A stretch of 54,625 nt of DNA from Patescibacteria group bacterium (GCA_038061995.1 JBBTYA010000009.1:1-54625); one strand, 5' to 3'; numbered from the stretch's first letter, positions 40,468-50,347 are shown. Made by a program: numbers and translations. The notes: generated by a model from the sequence alone, not told the origin.

Positions 40468-40809
40468 ATGTCACGAAGTCTCAAAAAAGGTCCCTACGTT
40501 GATGAGCGATTGCTCAAGAAAATTGCAAGCCGAAAGGCGGGCGATAAGACCGTGATCAAGACGTGGTCTCGGGATTGCACGATCGTGCCGGAGATGATAG
40601 GCTTCACCTTCGGTGTTCATAACGGTAGGATCCATATCCCCGTTGTGATCACGGAAGATATGATCGGGCACAAGCTCGGAGAGTTTTCGCACACTCGTAC
40701 TTTCCGCCGTCATGGTGGCAAGATGCAGAAAGAGCTTGAAGCTGCCGCAAAGCAGCGTGAGGTTGATGCGGCAAAAGCTGCAAAAGCAGAGCCTGTTGCC
40801 GCAAAGTAA
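40468..40809 (+). CDS. rpsS: Ribosomal protein uS19
   Basis: [21 protein letters not shown]. Confidence 0.98.
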   Translation: MSRSLKKGPYVDERLLKKIASRKAGDKTVIKTWSRDCTIVPEMIGFTFGVHNGRIHIPVVITEDMIGHKLGEFSHTRTFRRHGGKMQKELEAAAKQREVDAAKAAKAEPVAAK

Positions 40810-40821
40810 TCATCCACCCCT

Positions 40822-41238
40822 ATGCAACAAGTACGCGCACAACTCAATGGTATCCGACTCTCACCTCGTAAGGTCCGAGCGGTTACTGCGTTGGTAAAGC
40901 GCCACGATGTTGCGTGGGCACTTGATCAGCTCGCGCACACGGTTTTGCGTCCGGCACCAGCGCTTGCCAAACTTATCCGTTCGGCGGTCGCGAATGCAGA
41001 GCACACCTACAAGGCATCAGTAGAGCAGCTTTTTATTGCTGACATCATTGTGAATGAAGGCATGAAGCTGCGCCGTTGGCTGCCTCGCGCACAGGGTCGT
41101 GCAACTGAATTGCAGAAGAAGACGTCACGCATCTGCGTGGTGCTTGAGATCCGTGGAGCTGCGCCTGAAAAGGCCGCTTCGAAGACTCGCGCACGCCGCA
41201 CAACGCGATCCGCGGCGCCTGCTTCAACTCAATCGTAA
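40822..41238 (+). CDS. rplV: Ribosomal protein uL22
   Basis: SPRKVR, SAVANA, PRAQGRA. Confidence 0.96.
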   Translation: MQQVRAQLNGIRLSPRKVRAVTALVKRHDVAWALDQLAHTVLRPAPALAKLIRSAVANAEHTYKASVEQLFIADIIVNEGMKLRRWLPRAQGRATELQKKTSRICVVLEIRGAAPEKAASKTRARRTTRSAAPASTQS

Positions 41239-41240
41239 TT

Positions 41241-41876
41241 ATGGGACAAAAGGTTTCTCCAACAGGGTTTCGTATCGGTATTATTCGTGACTGGGCGTCA
41301 CGCTGGTTTGGCGGTTCGTCATATCAAAAATATCTTGCCGATGATTTGCGCGTCCGTCACTTCCTCGACAAGCGTCTCCGTGGTATGGCCGTGGATCGCG
41401 TCGAAATTGAGCGCAACACCGATACGATCACCGTGGTCATTGCGACCGCACGTCCTGGTTTAGTGATCGGGCGCGGTGGTGCCGATGTTGAAAAACTCAA
41501 AGATCAGATCCGCACGCTCGTGAAGCGAAAGCTTGCCGTACGTATTGAGATTCAAGAAGTGAAGAATCCAGAAGCATCAGCTGCTGTGATGGCCGAGTCT
41601 ATCGCTGAGCAGATTGAAAAGCGTTTGCCGTTCCGTCGCACGATGCGCATGTCTCTCGCAAAGATTATCGGTAGTCGCGATGTCAAAGGTGCCAAAATTC
41701 AGCTGGGCGGGCGTCTCGATGGTGCAGAAATCGCACGCTTGGAGCACGTCGAGTCCGGCAACTTGCCGTTGCAAAGCTTGCGTGCAAATATCGATTTCGC
41801 TCGCGCTACCGCGCACACGACATTCGGTACCATTGGTATCAAGGTGTGGATTTATAAGGGTGATACGTTTGAATAA
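41241..41876 (+). CDS. rpsC: Ribosomal protein uS3
   Basis: MGQKV.P.GFR, RPGLVIG, GRLDGAEIAR, GIKVWI. Confidence 0.98.
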   Translation: MGQKVSPTGFRIGIIRDWASRWFGGSSYQKYLADDLRVRHFLDKRLRGMAVDRVEIERNTDTITVVIATARPGLVIGRGGADVEKLKDQIRTLVKRKLAVRIEIQEVKNPEASAAVMAESIAEQIEKRLPFRRTMRMSLAKIIGSRDVKGAKIQLGGRLDGAEIARLEHVESGNLPLQSLRANIDFARATAHTTFGTIGIKVWIYKGDTFE

Positions 41877-41885
41877 TTATTTCGT

Positions 41886-42305
41886 ATGTTGCAACCAAAC
41901 CGCGTAAAACACACGAAGGTACACAAAGGTCGCAATCGCGTCGTTGCTACCCGTGGCGCCACATTGAGTTTCGGCACCTATGGCTTAAAGGCGATGGAGG
42001 CGACGTGGCTGACTGCGAGTCAGCTTGAGTCTGCGCGCCGTGCGATGATTCGTCTCCTTGCTCGCGGTGGCAAGATTTGGACTCGTGTCTTCCCAGACAA
42101 ACCCCGCACTGCAAAGAGCTCTGAAGTGGGTATGGGTGGTGGACGCGGTGCACTCTCGCACTTTGTTGCCCCAGTGCAGGCAGGCCGTATGCTCTTTGAG
42201 CTTGATGGTGTTTCGGAGACAGTTGCTCGCCAAGCATTTCGTCTTGCTGCGCACAAACTTCCTATTAAGACTCGTGTCGTGGTACGTATCGGCCACTCTG
42301 CATAA
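41886..42305 (+). CDS. rplP: Ribosomal protein uL16
   Basis: MLQP, FG.YGL, GKIW.RVFPDKP, KLPIKT. Confidence 0.97.
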   Translation: MLQPNRVKHTKVHKGRNRVVATRGATLSFGTYGLKAMEATWLTASQLESARRAMIRLLARGGKIWTRVFPDKPRTAKSSEVGMGGGRGALSHFVAPVQAGRMLFELDGVSETVARQAFRLAAHKLPIKTRVVVRIGHSA

Positions 42306-42314
42306 TTCTTTCGT

Positions 42315-42509
42315 ATGAAATACAAAGACCTCCAACAGAAATCAATAGCAGAACTCCACGCACTTGTGCGCGATCTTCGTGCGCAGGTTCTCGTGTCGCG
42401 CTTTGAGGCATCACAGGGGGCATTAAAACAGAATAGTAAAGTGCGCGCGCTTCGTGTGCAGATTGCTCAAGTGCTTACTGCACTAAACGCACAGCAGCAC
42501 AGCGCATAA
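42315..42509 (+). CDS. rpmC: Ribosomal protein uL29
   Basis: Operon position; L..KS..EL...RF...R..IA..LT. Confidence 0.9.
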   Translation: MKYKDLQQKSIAELHALVRDLRAQVLVSRFEASQGALKQNSKVRALRVQIAQVLTALNAQQHSA

Positions 42510-42518
42510 TTATTGCTT

Positions 42519-42773
42519 ATGACATCTTCTCAACCAACAAAAGGACGTCGCCTCACCGGTACTATCGTTTCCGATAAAATGGAAAAGACGGTTGTGGTGG
42601 AAATCACCCGCTTGCGCAAGCATGCGGTATATAAGAAATATCAGAAAGTGACACAGCGTTTTCAGGCGCACGACGAACAGGAACAATATAACGTGGGTGA
42701 TCGCGTGATTATTCGTGAGACGCGCCCAATGTCAAAGAATAAGCGCTGGATTGTTGAAAGTAAGGCTGCGTAA
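42519..42773 (+). CDS. rpsQ: Ribosomal protein uS17
   Basis: G.IVSDKMEKTVVV, GD.V.I.ETRP.SK.KRW. Confidence 0.97.
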   Translation: MTSSQPTKGRRLTGTIVSDKMEKTVVVEITRLRKHAVYKKYQKVTQRFQAHDEQEQYNVGDRVIIRETRPMSKNKRWIVESKAA

Positions 42774-42782
42774 TTTACCCAT

Positions 42783-43148
42783 ATGCTTCAACTTCGCTCT
42801 ATCGTTTCAGTAGCAGACAACACAGGCGCAAAACGCGTTGGTGTCTTTAAGGTGCTTGGAGGTTCTCGCCGCGCCTTTGCAGAAATTGGCGACATCGTCG
42901 TTGTATCAGTAAAGGTTGCCGAGCCTCGTAAGCTCGTGAAGAAGAAAGATGTGCTTCGCGCAGTGGTTGTACGTCAGCGCAAGCCATTCCGTCGCAAGGA
43001 TGGTTCGTATATTCGCTTTGATGATAACGCGGTTGTTATCCTTGATGGCACTGAGCCAAAAGGCGGTCGTATCTTCGGTCCTATTCCTCGCGAAATTAAA
43101 GAACGCGGCTTCAGCACAATCGCCTCGCTTGCTCAGGAGCTGGTTTAA
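42783..43148 (+). CDS. rplN: Ribosomal protein uL14
   Basis: VADNTGAK, DGSYIRFDDNA, RIFGP. Confidence 0.98.
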   Translation: MLQLRSIVSVADNTGAKRVGVFKVLGGSRRAFAEIGDIVVVSVKVAEPRKLVKKKDVLRAVVVRQRKPFRRKDGSYIRFDDNAVVILDGTEPKGGRIFGPIPREIKERGFSTIASLAQELV

Positions 43149-43157
43149 TATTCTTCT

Positions 43158-43490
43158 ATGGCAACACACATGAAAATTCGAGTAGGCGATACGGTCACTA
43201 TGTTGTCTGGCAAAGACCGCATGAAAACCGGCAAGGTGATGCGCGCTTCTCCCGAAGATGGCAAGGTGCGTATCGAAGGACTTAATACAGTGATGCGTTC
43301 ACTCCGCTCTCGTAAGCAAGGCCAAAAGGGCCAGAAGGTTGCAAGTGAGCGTTTCGTTTCCATTTCGAGCGTCGCACTGGTTTGCCCTTCATGCAAAAAG
43401 CCAACCCGAGTAGGGTATGCATTCGCCGAAGTTGGAGGTAAAAAGCAGAAACAGCGTGTCTGCAAAAAGTGCGGAAAGGCGCTTGCATAA
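43158..43490 (+). CDS. rplX: Ribosomal protein uL24
   Basis: GDTV..LSGKD..K.GKV; CxxC...CxxC variant. Confidence 0.95.
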   Translation: MATHMKIRVGDTVTMLSGKDRMKTGKVMRASPEDGKVRIEGLNTVMRSLRSRKQGQKGQKVASERFVSISSVALVCPSCKKPTRVGYAFAEVGGKKQKQRVCKKCGKALA

Positions 43491-43523
43491 AAGGTATTTC
43501 TCACGTATACTCCACCCGCTTCT

Positions 43524-44063
43524 ATGACTCAAACATTACAGCAACAATATCAAAAGACGATCCTTCCTGCTCTGCAGAAGGAGTTTGGTATTGCAAATGT
43601 GATGGCAGTGCCACGCATCCAAAAAGTGGTGATCAATACTGGTATTGGTCGCATGGTAAAAGACAGCGGTGCTATCGAGCGCGTACAACGCGACATGACA
43701 GTCTTGTCTGGCCAGAAGCCGGTGATTCGTAAGGCAAAGAAATCAATTGCGAGCTTTAAGCTTCGTGAAGGTATGCCCGTCGGCGTTTCAGTGACGCTCC
43801 GCGGTAAGCGCATGTATGATTTCTTGCACCGCCTTATCGCGTTGGCGCTTCCTTTGTCGAAAGATTTTCGTGGCGTTGACATGAAAAATGTTGATGGCGC
43901 AGGCAACTTAAATCTTGGCATTAAAGAACACACCATTTTTCCAGAAGTGACCTATGAGTCAGTCAAAGACATTTTTAGCTTGCAGGTGACCATTGTGACA
44001 AATGCGCAGAATCGCGAACGCGGGATTGCCCTTTTGAAACAGATTGGTATCCCATTTAAATAA
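43524..44063 (+). CDS. rplE: Ribosomal protein uL5
   Basis: [27 protein letters not shown]. Confidence 0.98.
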   Translation: MTQTLQQQYQKTILPALQKEFGIANVMAVPRIQKVVINTGIGRMVKDSGAIERVQRDMTVLSGQKPVIRKAKKSIASFKLREGMPVGVSVTLRGKRMYDFLHRLIALALPLSKDFRGVDMKNVDGAGNLNLGIKEHTIFPEVTYESVKDIFSLQVTIVTNAQNRERGIALLKQIGIPFK

Positions 44064-44068
44064 ACGAC

Positions 44069-44257
44069 ATGCCAAAGAAATCAACTATCGCACGTACTGC
44101 AAAACACACGCCTAAGTTTTCGACTCGGCGCGTGAACCGCTGCGTACTGTGCGGTCGCAAACATGGATACCTGCGCGCATTCGGCCTGTGTCGTATTCAT
44201 TTCCGCGAGCTTGCACTTCAAGGTTTTCTTCCGGGCGTTCGTAAATCGAGCTGGTAA
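44069..44257 (+). CDS. rpsN: Ribosomal protein uS14, short Zn-type (CxxC...CxxH)
   Basis: NRCVLCGR...[10 protein letters not shown]...PGVRKSSW. Confidence 0.96.
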   Translation: MPKKSTIARTAKHTPKFSTRRVNRCVLCGRKHGYLRAFGLCRIHFRELALQGFLPGVRKSSW

Positions 44258-44269
44258 TACTTATTATTT

Positions 44270-44683
44270 ATGGCAATGATCCACGATCCAATTTCAGACA
44301 TGATCACACGCATTCGCAATGCGCTTGCAGTGCGTGCGACGCATGTACTCGTGCCAACATCCCGCATGAAGGTGGGCATCGCACGCGTTCTCCAGGAAGC
44401 TGGCTATCTTGAATCAGTCGAGCGTCGCACTAAAAAGGTGCGCGCAAGTGAACATGAATACATTGATCTCGTGTTCTCTCGTGACACAGATGGCAAGCCG
44501 ATGATCAACGACATGCGTCTTATTAGTAAACCCTCTCGTCACCTCTATGCAAAAGCGCGCGAGTTGCGCCCTGTCCAGTCTGGTTTTGGTATCGCAGTGC
44601 TTTCAACGCCCAAAGGCATCATCTCTTCTCGTGCTGCGCGTAAAGAAGGCGTGGGCGGCGAAGTCTTGTTTGAAATCTGGTAA
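44270..44683 (+). CDS. rpsH: Ribosomal protein uS8
   Basis: DPISDMITRIRNA, ISKP, STPKG, GGE. Confidence 0.97.
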   Translation: MAMIHDPISDMITRIRNALAVRATHVLVPTSRMKVGIARVLQEAGYLESVERRTKKVRASEHEYIDLVFSRDTDGKPMINDMRLISKPSRHLYAKARELRPVQSGFGIAVLSTPKGIISSRAARKEGVGGEVLFEIW

Positions 44684-44690
44684 TACTTTT

Positions 44691-45245
44691 ATGTCTAAAA
44701 TCGGCAAACGACCAATTCATATCCCGCAAGGCGCAACCGTCACACTCGACGGTACTACTCTGACGGTCAAAGGTCCGAAGGGGACACTCACCCGCACGCT
44801 GTCTGGCTTGATCGATGTTGCTGTTGAGGGCGCCCTTATTCAGTTAACGCCACGCATGGATGTTTCTGCAGATGCAAAAACAAAGACCATCACCTGGGGT
44901 CTCGAGCGCGCTACGCTCAACAACATGCTCATGGGTGTTACTACTGGCTTCACCAAGGTGCTGGAGTTTAATGGCGTTGGTTACAAAGCCGTGCCACAGG
45001 GTAAGAACCTTGAATTGAGTCTTGGCTTTTCGCACACGATTCCATTCCCAGCCCCCGAAGGTATCCAGTTCTCAGTTGAAAAGAATGTGCTTACCATTAC
45101 GGGAACTGACAAGGAAGTCGTGGGACAAGTTGCAGCAGAGATTCGCGCGCTGAAGAAGCCAGAACCATACAAGGGAAGCGGTATCCGCTACCAAGGCGAG
45201 GTTATTAAGCAAAAGGCAGGTAAGAAAGCTATCGCATCAAGCTAA
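44691..45245 (+). CDS. rplF: Ribosomal protein uL6
   Basis: MSKIGKRPI, GVGYKA, PEPYKG.GIRY. Confidence 0.98.
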   Translation: MSKIGKRPIHIPQGATVTLDGTTLTVKGPKGTLTRTLSGLIDVAVEGALIQLTPRMDVSADAKTKTITWGLERATLNNMLMGVTTGFTKVLEFNGVGYKAVPQGKNLELSLGFSHTIPFPAPEGIQFSVEKNVLTITGTDKEVVGQVAAEIRALKKPEPYKGSGIRYQGEVIKQKAGKKAIASS

Positions 45246-45253
45246 TTCATTCT

Positions 45254-45628
45254 ATGACACGTGCTATTTCTAAAAACGCAGGTCGCATTCGTCGTCACGC
45301 ACGCATTCGTGCGGTGATGTCTGGTACGGCATCTCGCCCCCGAGTGTGCGTCTTTAAGAGCAACTCATATACCTACGCGCAAGTCATTGATGACACGACG
45401 CGCAAAACGCTCTTTTCCGTGCATGACCACGAGATCAAACCAGCCTCCGATGCGCCAGAAGGTTCTGGTACAAAGGTCGCGAAGGCTTTCGCAGTCGGAA
45501 AGACGCTTGGAGAAAAGCTGAAAGAAGCAAAAATCACAACGGTTGTTTTCGACCGTGGGGGTTTTGCCTACCATGGACGCGTTCGCGCTATCGCGGATGG
45601 CTTGCGTAGCGCTGGAATCTCCGTATAA
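45254..45628 (+). CDS. rplR: Ribosomal protein uL18
   Basis: GTA.RPR..VFKSN, VFDRGG..YHGRV. Confidence 0.97.
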   Translation: MTRAISKNAGRIRRHARIRAVMSGTASRPRVCVFKSNSYTYAQVIDDTTRKTLFSVHDHEIKPASDAPEGSGTKVAKAFAVGKTLGEKLKEAKITTVVFDRGGFAYHGRVRAIADGLRSAGISV

Positions 45629-45644
45629 TCACTAGACATTCATT

Positions 45645-46283
45645 ATGGACGAACAGACACCAGTACAACCAACTCCAGAAGCAACGCCAGCGGCACCTGT
45701 CGCACCGGTAGCTTCTGAACCACAGCGCCATGGCCGCGGAGGTCAGCGTTTTGGTGGTTTTGGAAATCGTCGTCCGGGTGGCCGCCAAGGTCGCCGTCCT
45801 ATGCGTCCGATGGAGAAGCCAGAGTATGAGCAAAAAACCATCGACCTTGCTCGCGTCGCTCGTGTCACAAAGGGTGGCAAGCGCTTCTCTTTCCGCGCAA
45901 CCGTTGTCATCGGTGATGGCAAGTCGCGTGTTGGTATCGGTATGGGGAAGGGTAAAGATGTCGCACAGTCTGTGCAAAAGGCATACAACCAAGCCAAGAA
46001 GCGGCTCCTCACCGTGCTTACGGTCAATGGTACTATCTCAAATACGGTGCAAGCCAACTTCCACGGCGCCACGGTTATTTTAAAGCCTGCAAAGGGTGGC
46101 GTAAAAGCCGGTGGTCCTGTTCGTGTTGTCGCGAAGCTCGCAGGTATCACTAGTTTGACTGGTAAGTTGATCGAGCGCACAAATAATAAGATCAACATCG
46201 CTATGGCAACCATGAAGGCACTTAGTATGTTGCGTGATCGTGCTCGTACCCGCTTTACGCGCGTCGCTCCGCCGGTCGCTTAA
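45645..46283 (+). CDS. rpsE: Ribosomal protein uS5
   Basis: RV.RVTKGGKRFSF...VVIGDG, AGG.VR. Confidence 0.97.
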   Translation: MDEQTPVQPTPEATPAAPVAPVASEPQRHGRGGQRFGGFGNRRPGGRQGRRPMRPMEKPEYEQKTIDLARVARVTKGGKRFSFRATVVIGDGKSRVGIGMGKGKDVAQSVQKAYNQAKKRLLTVLTVNGTISNTVQANFHGATVILKPAKGGVKAGGPVRVVAKLAGITSLTGKLIERTNNKINIAMATMKALSMLRDRARTRFTRVAPPVA

Positions 46284-46291
46284 TCATTTTT

Positions 46292-46762
46292 ATGCAACGT
46301 CAAACTATCAAATCAGCATCTCGTAGTACCGGTAAGCGCGTTGGCCGTGGTGGTAAGCGCGGCACGACATCGGGTGGCGGTACGAAGGGTCAGAAGGGTC
46401 GTGCTGGCGCAAGCGTACGCCCAGGCTTTCGTGGCGGTGACAATCGCATCTGGCAATTGTTCCCAAAGCAGCGTGGTGCAACAAAGAAGCACGGCAGTAA
46501 GCGCGTACATCGCAAGCATCGTCGCTACCAAGTCATTGCTGATAAGCCGGCAGTGATTAACGTCGCAGCACTGAATGTGTTTGCGAAAGGTGATTCCGTT
46601 ACTCTTGCGACTCTCAAAGAGCGCCGCCTTGTTAGTGGGTCAGCAAAGGCAGCAAAAATTTTGGGCACAGGTGAGGTGAAGGTGGGCGTCACAGTTGAAG
46701 GCGTTGATGTGTCTACGTCCGCGCGGGAGAAGATCACTGCCGCCGGCGGGACCGTCGCGTAA
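46292..46762 (+). CDS. rplO: Ribosomal protein uL15
   Basis: RVGRGGKRG.TSG.G.KGQK.RAG, KILG.G, I.AAGG. Confidence 0.95.
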   Translation: MQRQTIKSASRSTGKRVGRGGKRGTTSGGGTKGQKGRAGASVRPGFRGGDNRIWQLFPKQRGATKKHGSKRVHRKHRRYQVIADKPAVINVAALNVFAKGDSVTLATLKERRLVSGSAKAAKILGTGEVKVGVTVEGVDVSTSAREKITAAGGTVA

Positions 46763-46773
46763 CTTTATTTGCT

Positions 46774-48033
46774 ATGGATCGCATATTGACCGCATTGAAG
46801 CGTCCGGAGCTCCGGAGCAAGATACTCTTTATTCTTGGTATCCTCGCGTTGTCGCGTGTCCTCTCTACGATCCCTGTTCCTGCCATTGATGGCAGTCAGC
46901 TGAAGGAATTTTTTGCAAACAACCAATTCTTTGGGCTCATTAGCGCGTTTACGGGCGGTGGCCTCTCGAACCTTTCCATTGCCATGATTGGCTTGGGTGC
47001 ATATATCACCGCATCCATTATCATGCAGTTGATGACCATGATCTTCCCTTCGATGGAGCAGTTGTATAAACACGAAGGAGAGGCAGGCCGTGCAAAGTTT
47101 AATCAATACTCTCGCATGTTGGCCGTACCCCTTGGTGCCATCCAAGCCTATGGCTTCCTAACGCTTTTGGTACGCCAGAGCGTTATTCCTGCTATGTCGG
47201 GCTTTGAGTGGTTTAATGCTATCACCGTTGTGGTGGCGGGGAGCATGCTCTTGATGTGGCTGGGTGAACTCATGACGGAAAAGAATCTTGGCAACGGTGT
47301 CTCGCTCTTGATTCTCGCTGGTATTGCCGCGAGCATTCCTACCACCCTGCGCCAAGCTATCTTTACGTACACACCTGACCAGCTCATCACGTACATTGTT
47401 TTTGCGGCAATCTCGCTGATCGTTATTGCCGGCGTGGTCTTTATCTCTGAGGCACAGCGCAACATTCCTGTCACCTACGCACGTCGTGTGCGTGGTTCTC
47501 GTGTGTTCGGTGGGGTATCTACGTACCTTCCCATGCGCGTGAACAACGCTGGTGTGATTCCTATTATCTTTGCGCTCTCGATCCTGCTCTTCCCGGGTAC
47601 GATCGCTACCTTCTTTGCGGGCTCCAGTATCACATTCCTCGCTACCGCCGCACAGTTCGTGCAAGGTGTGCTTGCGAACCAACTGTGGTACTCCATCATG
47701 TACTTCGTGCTCGTGGTGCTATTCACGTTCTTCTACACGGCAGTTACTTTTGATCCAAAATCAATCTCCGAGAACATTCAGAAGCAGGGAGGTTACATTC
47801 CTGGCTTGCGTCCTGGCCCCATGACTGCGCAGTTCCTCACCTTCTTAGTGAATCGCATTACGTTGGTTGGCGCACTGTTCCTTGGAGCTATCGCAGTGCT
47901 GCCAAACGTCATTCAGGGAGTGACTGGTCTCTCGGCCTTCTCGATCGGAGGCACCACCGTGCTTATCGTGGTCTCGGTTGCCTTGGAGCTCATGAAGCAA
48001 CTTGATGCTCAGCTCTCGATGTACGAATACTAG
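46774..48033 (+). CDS. secY: Preprotein translocase SecY
   Basis: YITASII.QL, WLGE.....LGNGVS, AGVIPIIFA, IPG.RPG, GGT..LI.V.V. Confidence 0.98.
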   Translation: MDRILTALKRPELRSKILFILGILALSRVLSTIPVPAIDGSQLKEFFANNQFFGLISAFTGGGLSNLSIAMIGLGAYITASIIMQLMTMIFPSMEQLYKHEGEAGRAKFNQYSRMLAVPLGAIQAYGFLTLLVRQSVIPAMSGFEWFNAITVVVAGSMLLMWLGELMTEKNLGNGVSLLILAGIAASIPTTLRQAIFTYTPDQLITYIVFAAISLIVIAGVVFISEAQRNIPVTYARRVRGSRVFGGVSTYLPMRVNNAGVIPIIFALSILLFPGTIATFFAGSSITFLATAAQFVQGVLANQLWYSIMYFVLVVLFTFFYTAVTFDPKSISENIQKQGGYIPGLRPGPMTAQFLTFLVNRITLVGALFLGAIAVLPNVIQGVTGLSAFSIGGTTVLIVVSVALELMKQLDAQLSMYEY

Positions 48034-48132
48034 AAAGAGGCGATACTGTATTTTTCCAACGGCGCCCAAAAGGGCGCCGTTGACTTTTACGCGTAAGTAT
48101 TGGATAATGTGTTTACCACGAGGAGGTGGAAT

Positions 48133-48513
48133 TTGGAGAGCTTTTTCACTGGCATGGGCATTGGCGATCGCGTGACCGCAAGCGTCGGTATGCACTCGAT
48201 CGACCTCACTCCGGAAGGGCGCCCCGACGTGACCTTGTCGTTGCCCGTCAACGACATCGGCTACATGGAGAGTGCGGAGGTGCTGGAGGAGTACATGTAC
48301 GCCCTCAACTGCGCCCTTCGCTTGGCCCGACGCCACCTTCGTTTGGTGGAGGTTCTCACCGTCGGCGGCGCAGCGATCGTCTTCAAGAACGAGCCGTCGT
48401 TCGATGAGCTTGCTGAGATCGGAGACGAGGGCGACGAAGGCCCGGAGGAGTACATCTTCGTCTTCGAGGCGATCCCCAACATGTCGTTGCAAGACCGTCA
48501 CATGATGCCCTAA
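48133..48513 (+). CDS. Cassette protein 1 (126 aa), unknown function
   Basis: TTG start after AGGAGGTGG. 61 of the first 90 residues are identical to cassette protein 2 (manual count). Confidence 0.8.
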   Translation: MESFFTGMGIGDRVTASVGMHSIDLTPEGRPDVTLSLPVNDIGYMESAEVLEEYMYALNCALRLARRHLRLVEVLTVGGAAIVFKNEPSFDELAEIGDEGDEGPEEYIFVFEAIPNMSLQDRHMMP

Positions 48514-48634
48514 TCGGGCTCACTAACGCGCGTCGCTTCCTTCGGGGACCGGCGCGCTGTTTTTTTAAGATGTGTGGCACACTTGACTTCTGTAAATAGT
48601 AGATGTTTAATACGCACTCCACGAGGAGGTGGGC

Positions 48635-49015
48635 ATGGAGAGCTTTTTCACCGACATGGGCGACGGTGATCGCGTGGTCGCGATTGTCGCTATGTACTCG
48701 ATCGACATGATCCCCGAAGGGCGTCCCGACGTGAGTCTGTCGTTGCCGATCAACGACATCGGCCACAGGGAGGGTGCGGAGGTCTTGGAGGAGTACATCC
48801 GCGCCATCAACTGTGCACTTAGCTTGGCGCATTGTCGCTTACGTCTGGAGAAGGTCTTCGACGTCGATGGCGGCGAGATCACCTTCAAGGGTGAGCCATC
48901 GTTCGAGGCACTTCTCCAGCACGAGGAGGGCAGGGTTCGCCCGCCCTTGGATGGCCCTCTCGCACCCAACAAGTTCGTCTTCGTCTTTGAGCGGGCGACA
49001 TTCGAAAAGCTCTAA
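48635..49015 (+). CDS. Cassette protein 2 (126 aa), unknown function
   Basis: ATG after AGGAGGTGG; paralog of protein 1. Confidence 0.85.
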   Translation: MESFFTDMGDGDRVVAIVAMYSIDMIPEGRPDVSLSLPINDIGHREGAEVLEEYIRAINCALSLAHCRLRLEKVFDVDGGEITFKGEPSFEALLQHEEGRVRPPLDGPLAPNKFVFVFERATFEKL

Positions 49016-49152
49016 GCCTCGTTCGCTCTACGCGCGTCGTTTCCTTCGGGGACCGGCGCGCTGTTTTTTTTGCCTCACGAGGAGGAGTATCCAGCATCCT
49101 TGACTTCGACAAAGATTAGTTGTTTAATGCGTCTTCCACGAGGAGGTGGGCA

Positions 49153-49557
49153 GTGAACACAGATCTTTTCGAAGGCGTAAGGTTCGGGTGCCACATTCGG
49201 TGCTCCGTGAGCCTCAAGCGTCTCGCATTCACTCGTGAAGATGATCCCACAATCTTCACGACGGTATTCACCGACGATACGAGCTTGATGGAAAACGCGA
49301 CGAGAGTGCGACATGTGCACCAGTTGCTCAACAGCGCGCTCGCGCTCGTCGGCGCTCACTTGCGTCTCGTTGGTGTGAACGCTCTCGGTGGCAAAGAGAT
49401 ACTCTTCCCGCCGAAGGGACCATCATTCGAGGCTCTGAGAGCTCTGGACGAGGAGAGTATGGCAGCCAGCCGCGGGCCTCTCCAGCCATGCGAATACCGC
49501 TTCGTCTTCGAGACGACTTCCCAACAGCGTGAGTTTCGTGACCCTCTGATTTTCTAG
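49153..49557 (+). CDS. Cassette protein 3 (134 aa), divergent paralog
   Basis: GTG start after AGGAGGTGG. Shares N.AL.L....LRL..V...GG.EI.F...PSFEAL...GPL.P....FVFE. Confidence 0.8.
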   Translation: MNTDLFEGVRFGCHIRCSVSLKRLAFTREDDPTIFTTVFTDDTSLMENATRVRHVHQLLNSALALVGAHLRLVGVNALGGKEILFPPKGPSFEALRALDEESMAASRGPLQPCEYRFVFETTSQQREFRDPLIF

Positions 49558-49657
49558 ATAGTGGTCCAGGCTCTGCCTGTAGTTGTCACTAACGCGCGTC
49601 GCTTCCTTCGGGGACCGGCGCGCTGTTCTTTTTTTGTTTGCCGTGTACAATAGGCGT

Positions 49658-50347
49658 ATGCAAAAACAGGCGATTATTCTTATCGGCCCTCCTGGTGCAG
49701 GAAAAGGAACGCAGGCCGAACTTCTTGCCGACGATTTCGGCTTTTTTCATTTTGATACCTCGCAAATCATCGAAGAACGTTTTCGTACTGCAGCTGCAGA
49801 TGATCCTGTGATCGCTCAAGCAAAAGCGAACTATGATGCAGGAAAATTAGTAGAGCCAGCACTGGTGGCGAGCTGGGTGATTGATAAAATCCGCGCACTC
49901 GGCGTGGGCGGTACGAGCATTGTCTTTAGTGGCTCGTTTCGCACGAATACTGAAGCGGCTGAAGAGCTCCCCGTGCTCCAAGAAGTATATGGCGCAAAGA
50001 ATGTGCACATTGTGAACATTGAAGTGAGTGAGGAAGAATCGGTGAAGCGCAATTCGGGGCGTCGTGTGTGCAAGGTGAATCGTCATCCTATCCCGAACTT
50101 TCCTGAATTTGCCGGCATCACCGCATGCCCCAAAGATGGTGGCGAGATCGTAACGCGCAGTCTCGATGTTCCTGAAACGATCCGTGTTCGCTATGCAACG
50201 TACCAAGAGCAAACCAAGCCCGTGGTTGCCTATTTTGAGCAGCAGGGCTATGCCGTGATTCGCATTGATGGCGAGCAAGCTATTCGCAAAGTGCATACTG
50301 ATATTATGAATCGCGTACACGAAACAGCGCATCCCGACCAACTATGA
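49658..50347 (+). CDS. adk: Adenylate kinase
   Basis: GPPGAGKGTQA, G.LV, R..GRR.C lid, R..D.PETI..R...Y..QT.P; position before map. Confidence 0.9.
   Translation: MQKQAIILIGPPGAGKGTQAELLADDFGFFHFDTSQIIEERFRTAAADDPVIAQAKANYDAGKLVEPALVASWVIDKIRALGVGGTSIVFSGSFRTNTEAAEELPVLQEVYGAKNVHIVNIEVSEEESVKRNSGRRVCKVNRHPIPNFPEFAGITACPKDGGEIVTRSLDVPETIRVRYATYQEQTKPVVAYFEQQGYAVIRIDGEQAIRKVHTDIMNRVHETAHPDQL

Larger units (their letters stand above)
48080..49635 (+). repeat. Array of three paralogous gene cassettes (promoter, SD, ORF, hairpin)
   Basis: TTGACT-17-(G/T)WTAAT at 48080, 48583 and 49100. CCACGAGGAGGTGG leader three times. ACGCGCGTCGYTTCCTTCGGGGACCGGCGCGCTGTT at 48526, 49030 and 49592. Confidence 0.9.

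Noticed and set aside
48520-49635. Integron attC sites or CRISPR repeats
   Set aside because: The AAC...GTT span is only ~37 nt, shorter than known attC sites, and lacks GTTRRRY. No intI or cas genes are present and the spacers are whole genes. Hairpin plus T tract fits terminators.
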